Shown here piece after piece: positions 1 through 9,244 of a stretch of 64,000 nucleotides of DNA. The notes below the pieces were generated by a model. It was not told where the DNA came from. It saw only the letters and a list, made by a program, of their open reading frames with translations, and ran no database searches. Positions within the stretch are counted from its first letter, which is position 1. The number at the start of each line of letters is the position of its first letter. Origin of the DNA: a virus; IMG/VR virus record IMGVR_UViG_3300040751_004835, positions 1 through 64,000 of that record; one strand, given 5' to 3'. Made by a program: the position numbers and the translations under genes.

Positions 1-1952
1 ATGAGAGAAGACAGAGCGATGTCATTTATTATTCAGCTTATAACTATCTCTTGGAGAGGGAAGCAAATTTCCCAGGTCAGAACACCCAAAGGAGAGCACA
101 AGCTCTTAGACAATTTCAAAAGCTTCTGCAGGAAATTAATACTAACTCCCCTTGGTTTTTCCAGTCTATCGATGGTGTAGACCAGCTAGGGAAATTAACA
201 AGTCGTGGTGGATTTCAGGACGAAGATGGTTTGGATCAATTTAATCCGCAGAGAACCTCCGGAAGTACATTAACGGTTAATTGTTTGGAGTCTTTAAATC
301 TTAGAATATCTGCACTAGCCGACCTTTACAATCAAGCTACCTTTGATTATGACAATATGAGATATCTAGTTCCTAGAAATCTAAGAAAATTTACAATGTG
401 GATTTTCGTTACTGAAATTAGGAACTTCTTTAAAACTAGTAGACTTACAGCATCAAGTACAGCACTGACCGCTCTAGATGACTTGTCTTCTCTGTTAACT
501 ACAAATGCAAATCCGGGATCATCCGTGGTAGACCAGGGTAATGGACAATATAGTGTTGGCGGGTTTAATATGGGATCTGCAAACCCAACCCCGGGTGGAG
601 GTGGAATTGGAGGAGCATTTAAATCTTTTGTTAATAATGTTTTCCAGGGCTCTGGTCTACAGAACGATTTGCAGGCTTTTACTAACCAACAGGATCAAAG
701 CGGTATTAAGCCTGTCATGATTTATGAGTGCCAGCAGTGTGAATTTGACTTCAATGACAGCACACCGATTAAATCGACTATTGATATGGGGTCAAGTACA
801 GCGGATCCTGAAAAAAATGCTTTTAGGATCCACATAGGTAAAGTCAGAACTAAAAATCAATATCCTAATATTAGACAAGACAAAAAGCCTTTGGTATTAG
901 CAGATGGATGGGATCAGAATAGATCGAGTTATCAATTCCTAGGTGATGATACACTTTCTCTGGAAAGTCTATTAGGTCTAGGACAGCAAGCTTTAACCAA
1001 CGTGGTTTCTAATGCAGTATCAGATCTGGTAAATGAAGGAATTAACCAATTCATAGATCCAGCTTTAAGTGGGATAGACCAATCTCTTCTTGGAAACATC
1101 TATTCATTTAATCCATCCCAGCTGTCGAGGATGTCAAGTCAAAATGGCTCTTTTGGATTTAACAATTTAGAAAACTTCCTAAACGGAGCTGCTGAAACTG
1201 GCATTGATAACATATTTAAGGGTAATCTGCCAAACCCACAAACCATGGGTGAAGGTGGCCCTGTAGAGAGAGTTTATCCCCCAGTACCTCCTACTGATGT
1301 TTACGAAGGAGTGCCTGGTGGGGATCTTGGTGTGCCTGATAGAGTTTATCCCGGTGTTAAATCGGACGTTTATGAGAACGTTCCTGGTGAGGACTTAGGT
1401 GTACCCGATAGGATTTATCCAAGCGTTAGCGATGATGTATATGAGGGTGTTCCTGGTACCGATCTTGGTGTGCCTGATAGGGTTTACATAGATCCTTCCG
1501 GTGATGCTTATGACAATGTTCCAGGTTCGGATTTAGGTGTACCTGATCGGACTTATCCTGAGCCAGGTGGTGATGCTTATCCCAATGTTCCTGGATCTGA
1601 TCTCGGTGTCCCAGACAGAAACTATTCACCAAACATTAGTGATAATGATGTTTATACTGATTCCAATTTCACTACAGATACCCTTGGAAAATCTAAAGTA
1701 TACGGTGACACAACACAGGTTTCTTCTAGAGGTGAATTAAGATCTCCAGAGTCGACATTTACAGAGCCTCCAGGTAAGGTGTATGCTGATGTAAGGAAAA
1801 GACCAACATCTGGGGAAATTGGAAAGATATACCCGGTTACAAATGGTGATTTCATAATTGAAAGCCCCCTTAATTTGGGGAACTCTAAACCCGCTGATAA
1901 ATACAATGTAAGTCTGGGTGATTATAACCCTGACGAATACGAAGAGCAATAA
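1..1952 (+). CDS. Virion/baseplate-associated protein, 5'-partial, with C-terminal 23-aa repeats
   Basis: The frame is open from base 3 (ERRQSDVIYYSAYNYLLERE...), so the TTG at 51 is probably not the true start. It lies directly upstream of the spike gene. Confidence 0.5.
   Translation, partial: ERRQSDVIYYSAYNYLLEREANFPGQNTQRRAQALRQFQKLLQEINTNSPWFFQSIDGVDQLGKLTSRGGFQDEDGLDQFNPQRTSGSTLTVNCLESLNLRISALADLYNQATFDYDNMRYLVPRNLRKFTMWIFVTEIRNFFKTSRLTASSTALTALDDLSSLLTTNANPGSSVVDQGNGQYSVGGFNMGSANPTPGGGGIGGAFKSFVNNVFQGSGLQNDLQAFTNQQDQSGIKPVMIYECQQCEFDFNDSTPIKSTIDMGSSTADPEKNAFRIHIGKVRTKNQYPNIRQDKKPLVLADGWDQNRSSYQFLGDDTLSLESLLGLGQQALTNVVSNAVSDLVNEGINQFIDPALSGIDQSLLGNIYSFNPSQLSRMSSQNGSFGFNNLENFLNGAAETGIDNIFKGNLPNPQTMGEGGPVERVYPPVPPTDVYEGVPGGDLGVPDRVYPGVKSDVYENVPGEDLGVPDRIYPSVSDDVYEGVPGTDLGVPDRVYIDPSGDAYDNVPGSDLGVPDRTYPEPGGDAYPNVPGSDLGVPDRNYSPNISDNDVYTDSNFTTDTLGKSKVYGDTTQVSSRGELRSPESTFTEPPGKVYADVRKRPTSGEIGKIYPVTNGDFIIESPLNLGNSKPADKYNVSLGDYNPDEYEEQ
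1269..1620 (+). repeat. Five tandem ~69-nt (23-aa) coding repeats, consensus RVYPxxxxDVYExVPGxDLGVPD
   Basis: Seen directly in the translation, and in DNA as recurring gatcttggtgtgcctgatag-like units. Confidence 0.9.
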
Positions 1953-1964
1953 AATCAGTAATAA

Positions 1965-2639
1965 ATGCCTTATACTCCACCCAAAATCTATCTTGGTGAG
2001 ATTGTAGATATTAATGATCCAATAAAGGAGGGAAGAGCTAAAGTAAGGGTCTTTGGTCTTTTTGACGAACTTGAGGTAGAAGACATTCCTTGGGCAAGTC
2101 AGGTAAATGGTATTTCTTTTGGTGGTGATGGAAATGGTAGGCTTTCTGTCCCGAGGGTTGGATCTGTAGTAGCTGTTGAGTTTGATGGCCAGAATTATTA
2201 TAGAATGGTTTATTATGGGCAGTGGGAAAGTTCACCGGAAATGCTGGCTGAGATAAGTGATTCATATGAGGGTGCACATTCATTTGCATATGATACTGGA
2301 GCAGAACCTGGACCTCTAAAGATATTTTATACCCGTAAAAAAGGTATGAACTTTATACTTGGTGATGCTAAGGTTCAGCTAGATACACAAGACGGTGGGC
2401 AGCTTAGAATTGTTATTGAAATGGGTGATGACCAGATTAGGATGGAGAATAATAAAGTTATTGTGAACTCTAACAACATCGAGCTTGGTGAAGCAGCCAC
2501 CGAATCTGTAATCAAGGGAAATATATTCCAAACATATTTCAACAACCATACTCACTTGGGAAATTTAGGTGGACCTACCTCACCCCCGGTTATACCTTCA
2601 GATCCTACCCACCTTTCAAACATTTCAAAGACCAAGTAA
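1965..2639 (+). CDS. Baseplate central spike (gp5/GpV-like OB-fold, no lysozyme domain)
   Basis: N-terminal YLGEIVDINDP..GRAKVRVFG..IPWA..VPRVGSVVAVEF is the gp5/VgrG OB-fold signature. C-terminal HTH-GNLGGPTSPP is a metal-binding apex motif. Confidence 0.85.
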   Translation: MPYTPPKIYLGEIVDINDPIKEGRAKVRVFGLFDELEVEDIPWASQVNGISFGGDGNGRLSVPRVGSVVAVEFDGQNYYRMVYYGQWESSPEMLAEISDSYEGAHSFAYDTGAEPGPLKIFYTRKKGMNFILGDAKVQLDTQDGGQLRIVIEMGDDQIRMENNKVIVNSNNIELGEAATESVIKGNIFQTYFNNHTHLGNLGGPTSPPVIPSDPTHLSNISKTK

Positions 2640-2642
2640 TGG

Positions 2643-5450
2643 ATGGCTATTTTACCAGATAAAATAATACAGGATTACGAATTTGAGGCTTTCATTAAAA
2701 GAGTTAACGAAGGAGCTGAAAAAATTATTAGCGATCCCAAGTTTAAGTTAACGACTCCAGATTTACCTGGTTTATCTTTCCTGCTTAAACTCCAGATTAG
2801 GGTTTTTGAAAAATCTCTTGCAAGTTCTTTTGCACCCATTTTTATTGGAAAACAGGCATTGAGCGAAGGGTTTGGTGCACTTAAGGATGCTTTCAAAGCA
2901 ATCAAAACTTTATTTAATAATCCTCTACAATTTTTGCTTGACGAGGGAGTAAACTCAACATTGGAGGATTTCCCATTTCCACTGAGGCTTGAACTCGGAG
3001 GAAGCAATGTAGGATCCCTTGATTTGCCCCTTTCGGATGCTAGTGATCTTTCTGGTTATCGTACTTTTAATTATAACCCCTTATTTAATAGCTCATCCCT
3101 CCCTGGTGATGGCGAATACACTACCCCGCAATCTTCCATAGAGGATATTCGATCTATTTCTATAAGTAAAACCACTAATACTGATAGTGAGAACATTTTT
3201 CTATCTGGGATAAAGACTGGAGATCCCATTCAAATCTCGGATGGTGTAACGGTTGGTAATTATACAGTAAGTAGCATTCAGCAGCAAAGTAGCAACAATA
3301 GTGTTAATTTGGAACTAAATTTTATTTCAGCCTCTTTGCTTTCCGACACCTCAGCACAAACTTCTGTTCCTGGATTTGGGTTACCGAGCATAGGGTTTGA
3401 AAAATGCCAGCTGGCAGTAAGTAATTTTATAGATCCTAGTGGATCTCTAAAAATTCCTATATCTTCCCTAGGTGTTAATATACCTCTTCTAGGCGGACTT
3501 ACCTTTGTCATTGGTGATTTTAGCAAACTTAAAGATAGTTCACCGACTAAAAAATTTGTAGATCGGCTTTCACAAGAATCCGGTTTGGAATTTCAAGATG
3601 TGTTTGGCGGAATTTTATCTGGTAATTTTCCAAAAGTTGACTTTGCTAAAATACAAGAGGAGACTGAAGCTGGCATAGAGGGATCTGAAGATCAAAGTAA
3701 GGTCGATTTAATTACGGTTGCTAGATTCCTACAAATTGGTGTATCTAACCCGTGTTTCTTAATCACCGTAATATTGAATTATGTAAAGCTTCTCCTACTT
3801 CCCATTAAGGTGGTTGTTAATGTTCTAAAAGGTCTTGGTGATATGATCACAGGACCAATTAAGCTTATTAAAACCATTATTACTGGACTCACCAACCCAC
3901 TGAAACTTATTTGTGATCTTATTTCCCAAGCTTTTTTGGAAGTACTCAAGCCCTACATACAACCTTCTCTTACGGCTGCTAATATTACTTGGACGGAAGC
4001 ACTTGAGGATCCTAACGATTCAACACGTGGTTTAAGACCTCTTATATCCGATATGATATGTGGGAAGTTTAATAAAAGACTTAAGGACTATATCCCAAAT
4101 CAAAGTTTCTTTGACAATTTAAGCAATCAGCTATCCTCACTATATGGTGACTCACAGGAAGCCCTTGGACCTCAAATTCCATACGACCTGAGAATAGATG
4201 GTCTTCCACCTTCGGAGGGACAGGTTTCTGTGAATTCTGGAAACCCCTCTGATATTAGGAACTTTAAGGCTTCAACCTTTTCAAATACTGTTGAAAATGC
4301 AACTGGTCTTCTTGCAAGTCTTTCTCCAGGGGATGAATTTACATTTTCTTTCGATGATCAGAGTGGTAAGTATAGGGTTAGCACAAAGAGGTTTGTAACG
4401 GATAATGAATTTCCTTATTTTGAATTGGCAGTCCAGCCAGTTCCTGGTATATTAGAATCATCTTCATTGAGTAGTAATCTAGAGAAAGTTTTGGGTGGTT
4501 TAAATATTGACACACTAAAGGCACAACTTTCTATTACTAATCCTGATAAGGAGTTTTTGCTAATAGTTGAGAAATATCTTCCGATAAAGCTTGTTGCTAT
4601 TTGGGAAGCAATTAAAGGCATTATAGCAATTTTTGGGAGTCTTGCACAGCAGGTGCCTTCACTTTTACCCTCTGTTATAAGGGGTTTATTTAGTAGCGGA
4701 AATGACGGACAAAGCGAAGCTGAAATTTTGGCTGCAATAGAAAGCGGTGAATTTGACCAAACCTCAACAGCGATAGATTCTGCAATCGAGGTTACTAATT
4801 TGTTGTATGGCGGGGGAAGTGCTTATACTTACCGAAAGGGTCTCGTTTACCAAAGTACAAGAGGAGGCGGAAACGGTGGTAGTATTCGAGAAAGCAGGGA
4901 AGCATTAAATGATATTTTAAACAACAGCTCTTCCAATGTAGGTCCTGGGCTTGAAGATGTTTTTTATGATTTAGGGGCTTCTCTAACTGCTTCTGGAAAA
5001 CAACCTGTTGTATTTAAAAGTAAATTATCGACCCAAATCGGCAGAACCACAGTGTTTAATTATATGCTTAATAGATATAATTTTAATGGAAAACTGGTTT
5101 TTAAAAAATATGCACCAAGCAGATCTGATTTTTATTGGGGGGCTTATAGCTTGAATGACATAGGAAATACTGTGAAGGTCCTCACTGTGATTATGAGAAG
5201 ACTCCAGGGGGAGAAGTATTTTAGTACCAAAAATATAAATTTAGAAACAGCAACTCTAAAAGTGTATGTAAATAATGATACCGGTACTGGTAGAAAGCTT
5301 CTCTATAGTGGAAATTATTTAAATGCCCTCCGTAAGTATAAGTTTGAGGAGTATAACCTTAAGAAAAAGATTGATGCATACGATCTTAGAATCGTGATAA
5401 ACAGACAAATGGATCTTTTGGTAAACTATCTCCTCCCGTCTCTCAAATAA
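2643..5450 (+). CDS. Large hypothetical virion protein with amphipathic helical segments
   Basis: 935-aa ORF following the spike gene, with hydrophobic helices (LLLLPIKVVVNVLKGL) and two similar internal beta domains. Confidence 0.45.
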   Translation: MAILPDKIIQDYEFEAFIKRVNEGAEKIISDPKFKLTTPDLPGLSFLLKLQIRVFEKSLASSFAPIFIGKQALSEGFGALKDAFKAIKTLFNNPLQFLLDEGVNSTLEDFPFPLRLELGGSNVGSLDLPLSDASDLSGYRTFNYNPLFNSSSLPGDGEYTTPQSSIEDIRSISISKTTNTDSENIFLSGIKTGDPIQISDGVTVGNYTVSSIQQQSSNNSVNLELNFISASLLSDTSAQTSVPGFGLPSIGFEKCQLAVSNFIDPSGSLKIPISSLGVNIPLLGGLTFVIGDFSKLKDSSPTKKFVDRLSQESGLEFQDVFGGILSGNFPKVDFAKIQEETEAGIEGSEDQSKVDLITVARFLQIGVSNPCFLITVILNYVKLLLLPIKVVVNVLKGLGDMITGPIKLIKTIITGLTNPLKLICDLISQAFLEVLKPYIQPSLTAANITWTEALEDPNDSTRGLRPLISDMICGKFNKRLKDYIPNQSFFDNLSNQLSSLYGDSQEALGPQIPYDLRIDGLPPSEGQVSVNSGNPSDIRNFKASTFSNTVENATGLLASLSPGDEFTFSFDDQSGKYRVSTKRFVTDNEFPYFELAVQPVPGILESSSLSSNLEKVLGGLNIDTLKAQLSITNPDKEFLLIVEKYLPIKLVAIWEAIKGIIAIFGSLAQQVPSLLPSVIRGLFSSGNDGQSEAEILAAIESGEFDQTSTAIDSAIEVTNLLYGGGSAYTYRKGLVYQSTRGGGNGGSIRESREALNDILNNSSSNVGPGLEDVFYDLGASLTASGKQPVVFKSKLSTQIGRTTVFNYMLNRYNFNGKLVFKKYAPSRSDFYWGAYSLNDIGNTVKVLTVIMRRLQGEKYFSTKNINLETATLKVYVNNDTGTGRKLLYSGNYLNALRKYKFEEYNLKKKIDAYDLRIVINRQMDLLVNYLLPSLK

Positions 5451-5467
5451 AGCTAATGTACAGTGTG

Positions 5468-5475
5468 GATATATA
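5468..5475 (+). promoter_or_regulatory. Putative phage (late-type) promoter GATATATA
   Basis: One copy of an octamer recurring in intergenic gaps upstream of many genes; resembles the T4 late promoter TATAAATA. Confidence 0.6.
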
Positions 5476-5505
5476 CTGTAATTAACTTTCTAATTCAAAA
5501 AATAA

Positions 5506-6672
5506 ATGAACACGCCAGAAAACACAGATCAAATCCAAGAGGAATTTAACTGGAACATTCCTAACCGTAGAACAATCAACAGAGACATAGAGGTTTTTGA
5601 TGATTCAAAAGTTTATTGTAGGGAAGATTATGCACAGTCTCTCTACTACCAAATGGCTGAAAGCCTAAAGGGGGTAAACTCTTCTAAGGATTTGAAAACT
5701 GGAAATGCTTATGATAGCACCATTACCACTTTAACTGATAAGCATGCTATTGCACAAACTTATGAGGGACAATCGATTTACGTTGATTTAGTAAAAGAAA
5801 GAAAGGATGCAGATAAGCTTGGTATAACTGGAATTGACTTCGAGATTGGCTCTGAAATTCAGACCATTGTTAGAAATGTCAATGGAACTTATTATGGGTC
5901 CGTAATTGACTGCTTCATTGAAACAACTAAGCAAGAATTCTTTGAGCAAATTAAGAAGGAAACATTGGCTTACGAAGCAAGAATTGAGTCGATTAACAAT
6001 GGTGGTTATATTGTGGATGTGCAGGGAATTAAATGTTTCCTCCCAGGTTCGCTTGCAGCTGCTAATAAGATTACTAACTTTGAAGCTTATCTTGGCAAGA
6101 AAATCTACGTCATGATAGACGGGTATGTACAAAAGAAAGACATTTTTGTAGTTTCTTACAAGAAGTACCTGAACAAGATTATGGATGAAAAAATCCAAGA
6201 GCTTGATCTCACCAAAAAATATAAAGGGTACGTTACAGGAACCTCAAGCTTTGGAGTATTTGTTGAATGGGAAGACATCTACACAGGGCTAATACACAAA
6301 ACTGAATTTGACAACCAAAAGGTTGAAGGATTTACAGCAGGTGATGAGATAGAGTTTTATGTTAAGGAAGTTAAGGATGATAATAGGTTAACCCTAACTT
6401 TTGGCGAGCCTGTTGATAAGACCTTGAAAATTTATGATCTTAAAAAGGATCTTGAAGATGGATCTGCCCCAATTTCGAATGCTAAAGTAAAGCACAAAAG
6501 AAAGAACGGAGCTTTGGTTGAGTTACCAGAATTCGGTTTGATTGCAATGATTCCTCAGGGACGTTTAGGTAAAGATCATAAGGGACTTAAAACCGGAGAT
6601 CAAATCCTTGTAACTGTTTATGAGGTTGATTCGGTGATGGGAAAAATATTTGTAGAACCTCTCAATGAGTAA
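5506..6672 (+). CDS. Ribosomal protein S1-like multi-S1-domain RNA-binding protein
   Basis: Tandem S1 OB repeats: ARIESINNGGYIVDVQGIKCFLPGS, GYVTGTSSFGVFVEWEDIYTGLIHKTE, KVKHKRKNGALVEL..LIAMIP. Confidence 0.85.
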   Translation: MNTPENTDQIQEEFNWNIPNRRTINRDIEVFDDSKVYCREDYAQSLYYQMAESLKGVNSSKDLKTGNAYDSTITTLTDKHAIAQTYEGQSIYVDLVKERKDADKLGITGIDFEIGSEIQTIVRNVNGTYYGSVIDCFIETTKQEFFEQIKKETLAYEARIESINNGGYIVDVQGIKCFLPGSLAAANKITNFEAYLGKKIYVMIDGYVQKKDIFVVSYKKYLNKIMDEKIQELDLTKKYKGYVTGTSSFGVFVEWEDIYTGLIHKTEFDNQKVEGFTAGDEIEFYVKEVKDDNRLTLTFGEPVDKTLKIYDLKKDLEDGSAPISNAKVKHKRKNGALVELPEFGLIAMIPQGRLGKDHKGLKTGDQILVTVYEVDSVMGKIFVEPLNE

Positions 6673-8059
6673 TACCCACTTTGACAAACGACAGTTACTT
6701 TCCTCTGCCTTATTAGGTTTTGAGTTTGAATTCTTCTCTGAGATGGTCAGAGGAAGGATAACTGAATCTTTGTCCAAACTTTTGGGTAAAAAGATAATCT
6801 TAACAAACAAGTATCATTCTAAAATACCAGTTAGTAGCGAGGTATTTAAGCTCGAGCCTGACTATTCTGGTGGTGGAAAAATGAATGAACTTGTAACCGG
6901 TCCTCTTCCATATGCTGAGGCTATACCAGTTTTGATTAAGGTTCTAAAATGGATTGATGAAAATGGATGGACCACTGATAAATGTGCATTCCAATTTTCT
7001 CTTAGCTTCGACAAATTTGATAGATCTATAAAAAGAATGGAGGAGCTTGATAGACTTCAATTCATTCTTGGTATTGATGAGGGCCTAATTTATTCTAAGT
7101 TCGGAAATAGAAAGAATAATGTTTACTCCAGATCTATTAAAAAGGTAGTTCCAAGAAACAGATTTTCTATTCTCGAGAATGTGTCTCACATAGATCCAAA
7201 ACTATTCAGGATACCTGATGAAAAATACTATGGTGCTAATTTTACAAAGGTTCCAAATGGGTACATTGAAATAAGATATCTTGGTGGCAAAGATTACCAG
7301 AAAAAGATCACAGCTATTCGTGATGTGATAGACTATGTGGTACTTTACACTTATGATATCCTTTCTGGTAGAAGAACATACACTAAGACCGACCTTGAAA
7401 ACCTTAAGTCAATGATGAAGGAATATTCTAAGGTTGTAAGGAGTTTTTCTGACCCGGAGGCTTTTTTCATGAATTTCCCTGACTTCCACCTTCTGGTTGA
7501 TCTAAAGGGTTATCTGGAAAACATCAAGACATACTTCCCTTATATAAGAGAGAAGGTCTTTGACATTATAGTGGAAGGAAATGTGAAGAATGGTTTCTTC
7601 AATTATGACACAACTAACGGAAGGTTCCAGCTTAAGGATGCTAAAATCAAAAGCGCTACATACTTAGATAATTTAGATCTTATTAACTGTAAGGTTAGAT
7701 CATCTAAACTTGATAATTGTAGGATATTCAGTTGTGATATTAGAAACAGCGAAATTTATAATTCCGAGGTTTTAAATGGAAACAAGATTTCTAAATCCAA
7801 AATCAAAGACACAAGCGCCGATTTTGGAAATAAGCTTATTGAGTGCTATATTGATTCCCCAGAAAAAATGGTTGATTGTGAAATCACTGGCGGCGTTTTA
7901 AGGAAGGGAGATATTGGAAGAAACGCCGAGGTAAGCAAAGAAACCGAAAAGGCCAAGGACTTTAATGAAATAAGGAAGGGAAGGTTTATTACAGACTCAA
8001 GGTTAAAGAATCTTAATGACCCTATTTCTAGGATGAAGTTTAAAAATCAGAACTACTAA
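6665..8059 (+). CDS. Putative amidoligase (COOH-NH2 ligase fold) with C-terminal beta-helix-like repeats
   Basis: GFEFEF, EPDYSG..NELVTGPL, KYYGANF and YIEIRYLGG motifs. C-terminal NCxI/NSxI pentapeptide-like periodicity. Confidence 0.65.
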   Translation: MSNTHFDKRQLLSSALLGFEFEFFSEMVRGRITESLSKLLGKKIILTNKYHSKIPVSSEVFKLEPDYSGGGKMNELVTGPLPYAEAIPVLIKVLKWIDENGWTTDKCAFQFSLSFDKFDRSIKRMEELDRLQFILGIDEGLIYSKFGNRKNNVYSRSIKKVVPRNRFSILENVSHIDPKLFRIPDEKYYGANFTKVPNGYIEIRYLGGKDYQKKITAIRDVIDYVVLYTYDILSGRRTYTKTDLENLKSMMKEYSKVVRSFSDPEAFFMNFPDFHLLVDLKGYLENIKTYFPYIREKVFDIIVEGNVKNGFFNYDTTNGRFQLKDAKIKSATYLDNLDLINCKVRSSKLDNCRIFSCDIRNSEIYNSEVLNGNKISKSKIKDTSADFGNKLIECYIDSPEKMVDCEITGGVLRKGDIGRNAEVSKETEKAKDFNEIRKGRFITDSRLKNLNDPISRMKFKNQNY

Positions 8060-8060
8060 A

Positions 8061-8837
8061 ATGACGTTAGAAGAATTAGTACAGGAAATTAAAGATGACC
8101 TTTCAGCAAGCTGTTCGTTGCCTTATAACTTGAATGACGATGAGATTCATAGAATTATCAGAAGGGCAAAGTTGTACATGTACGACAACTACCAATATGC
8201 TGCTGAGGAGAGGGTTTTTGTTCTGGCTAACAATCTTTTTGCTCATGAGGAGTTTAGAAGAACTAGACAAATAAAGCTTCCTGAAAAGATAGTAAGCGTT
8301 TATGATGTCAGAGAAGTTAATGGAATGGGAATAGCAGGAACCCCGGATAGAGATTTCGGAGATTCTAAGTTATTAGGCTCTGAGCTTTTGCTTTCTCCAT
8401 TTACCGGAGACAACTTGGTTTATAGAACCGTTATGTACTCCTACTTTGATCTAGCACAAGCTTATCTGCTCCCAACTTTTGCTTTCAAGTTCAATAAGAA
8501 CAATAAAAAGCTAACTATCTTAGGACGTGATCCAAATAGATCTGGATCCGGCGGGGTAGGAACAGGATACAACCAAAACGGTATGGATGTTGCAGTTAGG
8601 TGCTTTATAGCTATTGATGACTACGAGCTTTATGACGACGAACTTTTTGTCAGGTACTGTTTGGCAAAGGCTAAAATTTCACTATCTAGAGTGTTAAGTG
8701 CATTCGATTATAACCTACCAGGAGGAGTCAGGGTAAACACTTCGGAATTAAGATCTGACGGCGAAAGAGAACTTCAAGAGGTAATGGATATGATCAACGG
8801 AGAGAACACTCCTTCTTATTTCTTACAGTGGAATTAA
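8061..8837 (+). CDS. Neck/head-completion protein (T4 gp13-like)
   Basis: YCLAKAK..L..LSAFDYNLPGGVRVN..L..G..EL matches the gp13 C-terminal LPGGV motif; size and context agree. Confidence 0.7.
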   Translation: MTLEELVQEIKDDLSASCSLPYNLNDDEIHRIIRRAKLYMYDNYQYAAEERVFVLANNLFAHEEFRRTRQIKLPEKIVSVYDVREVNGMGIAGTPDRDFGDSKLLGSELLLSPFTGDNLVYRTVMYSYFDLAQAYLLPTFAFKFNKNNKKLTILGRDPNRSGSGGVGTGYNQNGMDVAVRCFIAIDDYELYDDELFVRYCLAKAKISLSRVLSAFDYNLPGGVRVNTSELRSDGERELQEVMDMINGENTPSYFLQWN

Positions 8838-8841
8838 TCTT

Positions 8842-8849
8842 GATATATA
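8842..8849 (+). promoter_or_regulatory. Putative phage promoter GATATATA
   Basis: Recurring intergenic octamer upstream of 8869. Confidence 0.6.
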
Positions 8850-8868
8850 TGGGGAATTAAAATTTCCC

Positions 8869-9240
8869 ATGATAGAGATTTATAACCGAGATCCAGGAGA
8901 CCCTAATTACAAAGAAAATGTTGTTGAGATAACTCAACCCGTTGAAATTTGTGTGGGACAGCTTAAAATGCTGCTTCTTACAAATAAGGGTGAGGTATTG
9001 GGTGATCCCAAATTTGGAATAAATCTAGAGGAGCTGGTTTTCAGTTTAGAATTGTCTGAAACAACTCTTAGAGAGGAAATTGACAAGGGACTTAGATTCT
9101 ATGTTCCTCTCTTTGCACAAATTGGTGGCTATTTTGATTTGAAATTTTATCAAGGGACGGAGAGAGATATTTGCCTTTTGGATTTTTATATCCCAAGCTC
9201 TGGCAACGAAAGCCCTTTAATATCACTGAAAGTAAGTTAA
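8869..9240 (+). CDS. Baseplate wedge protein gp25-like
   Basis: LLLTNKGEVLGDPKFGINLEELVF is the gp25/GPW signature (T.GE....P.FG). Confidence 0.8.
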   Translation: MIEIYNRDPGDPNYKENVVEITQPVEICVGQLKMLLLTNKGEVLGDPKFGINLEELVFSLELSETTLREEIDKGLRFYVPLFAQIGGYFDLKFYQGTERDICLLDFYIPSSGNESPLISLKVS

Positions 9241-9244
9241 AAAG

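Noticed and set aside
1269-1620. CRISPR array
   Set aside because: The repeats are in-frame 69-nt coding units with third-position variation; there are no unique spacers and no cas genes.
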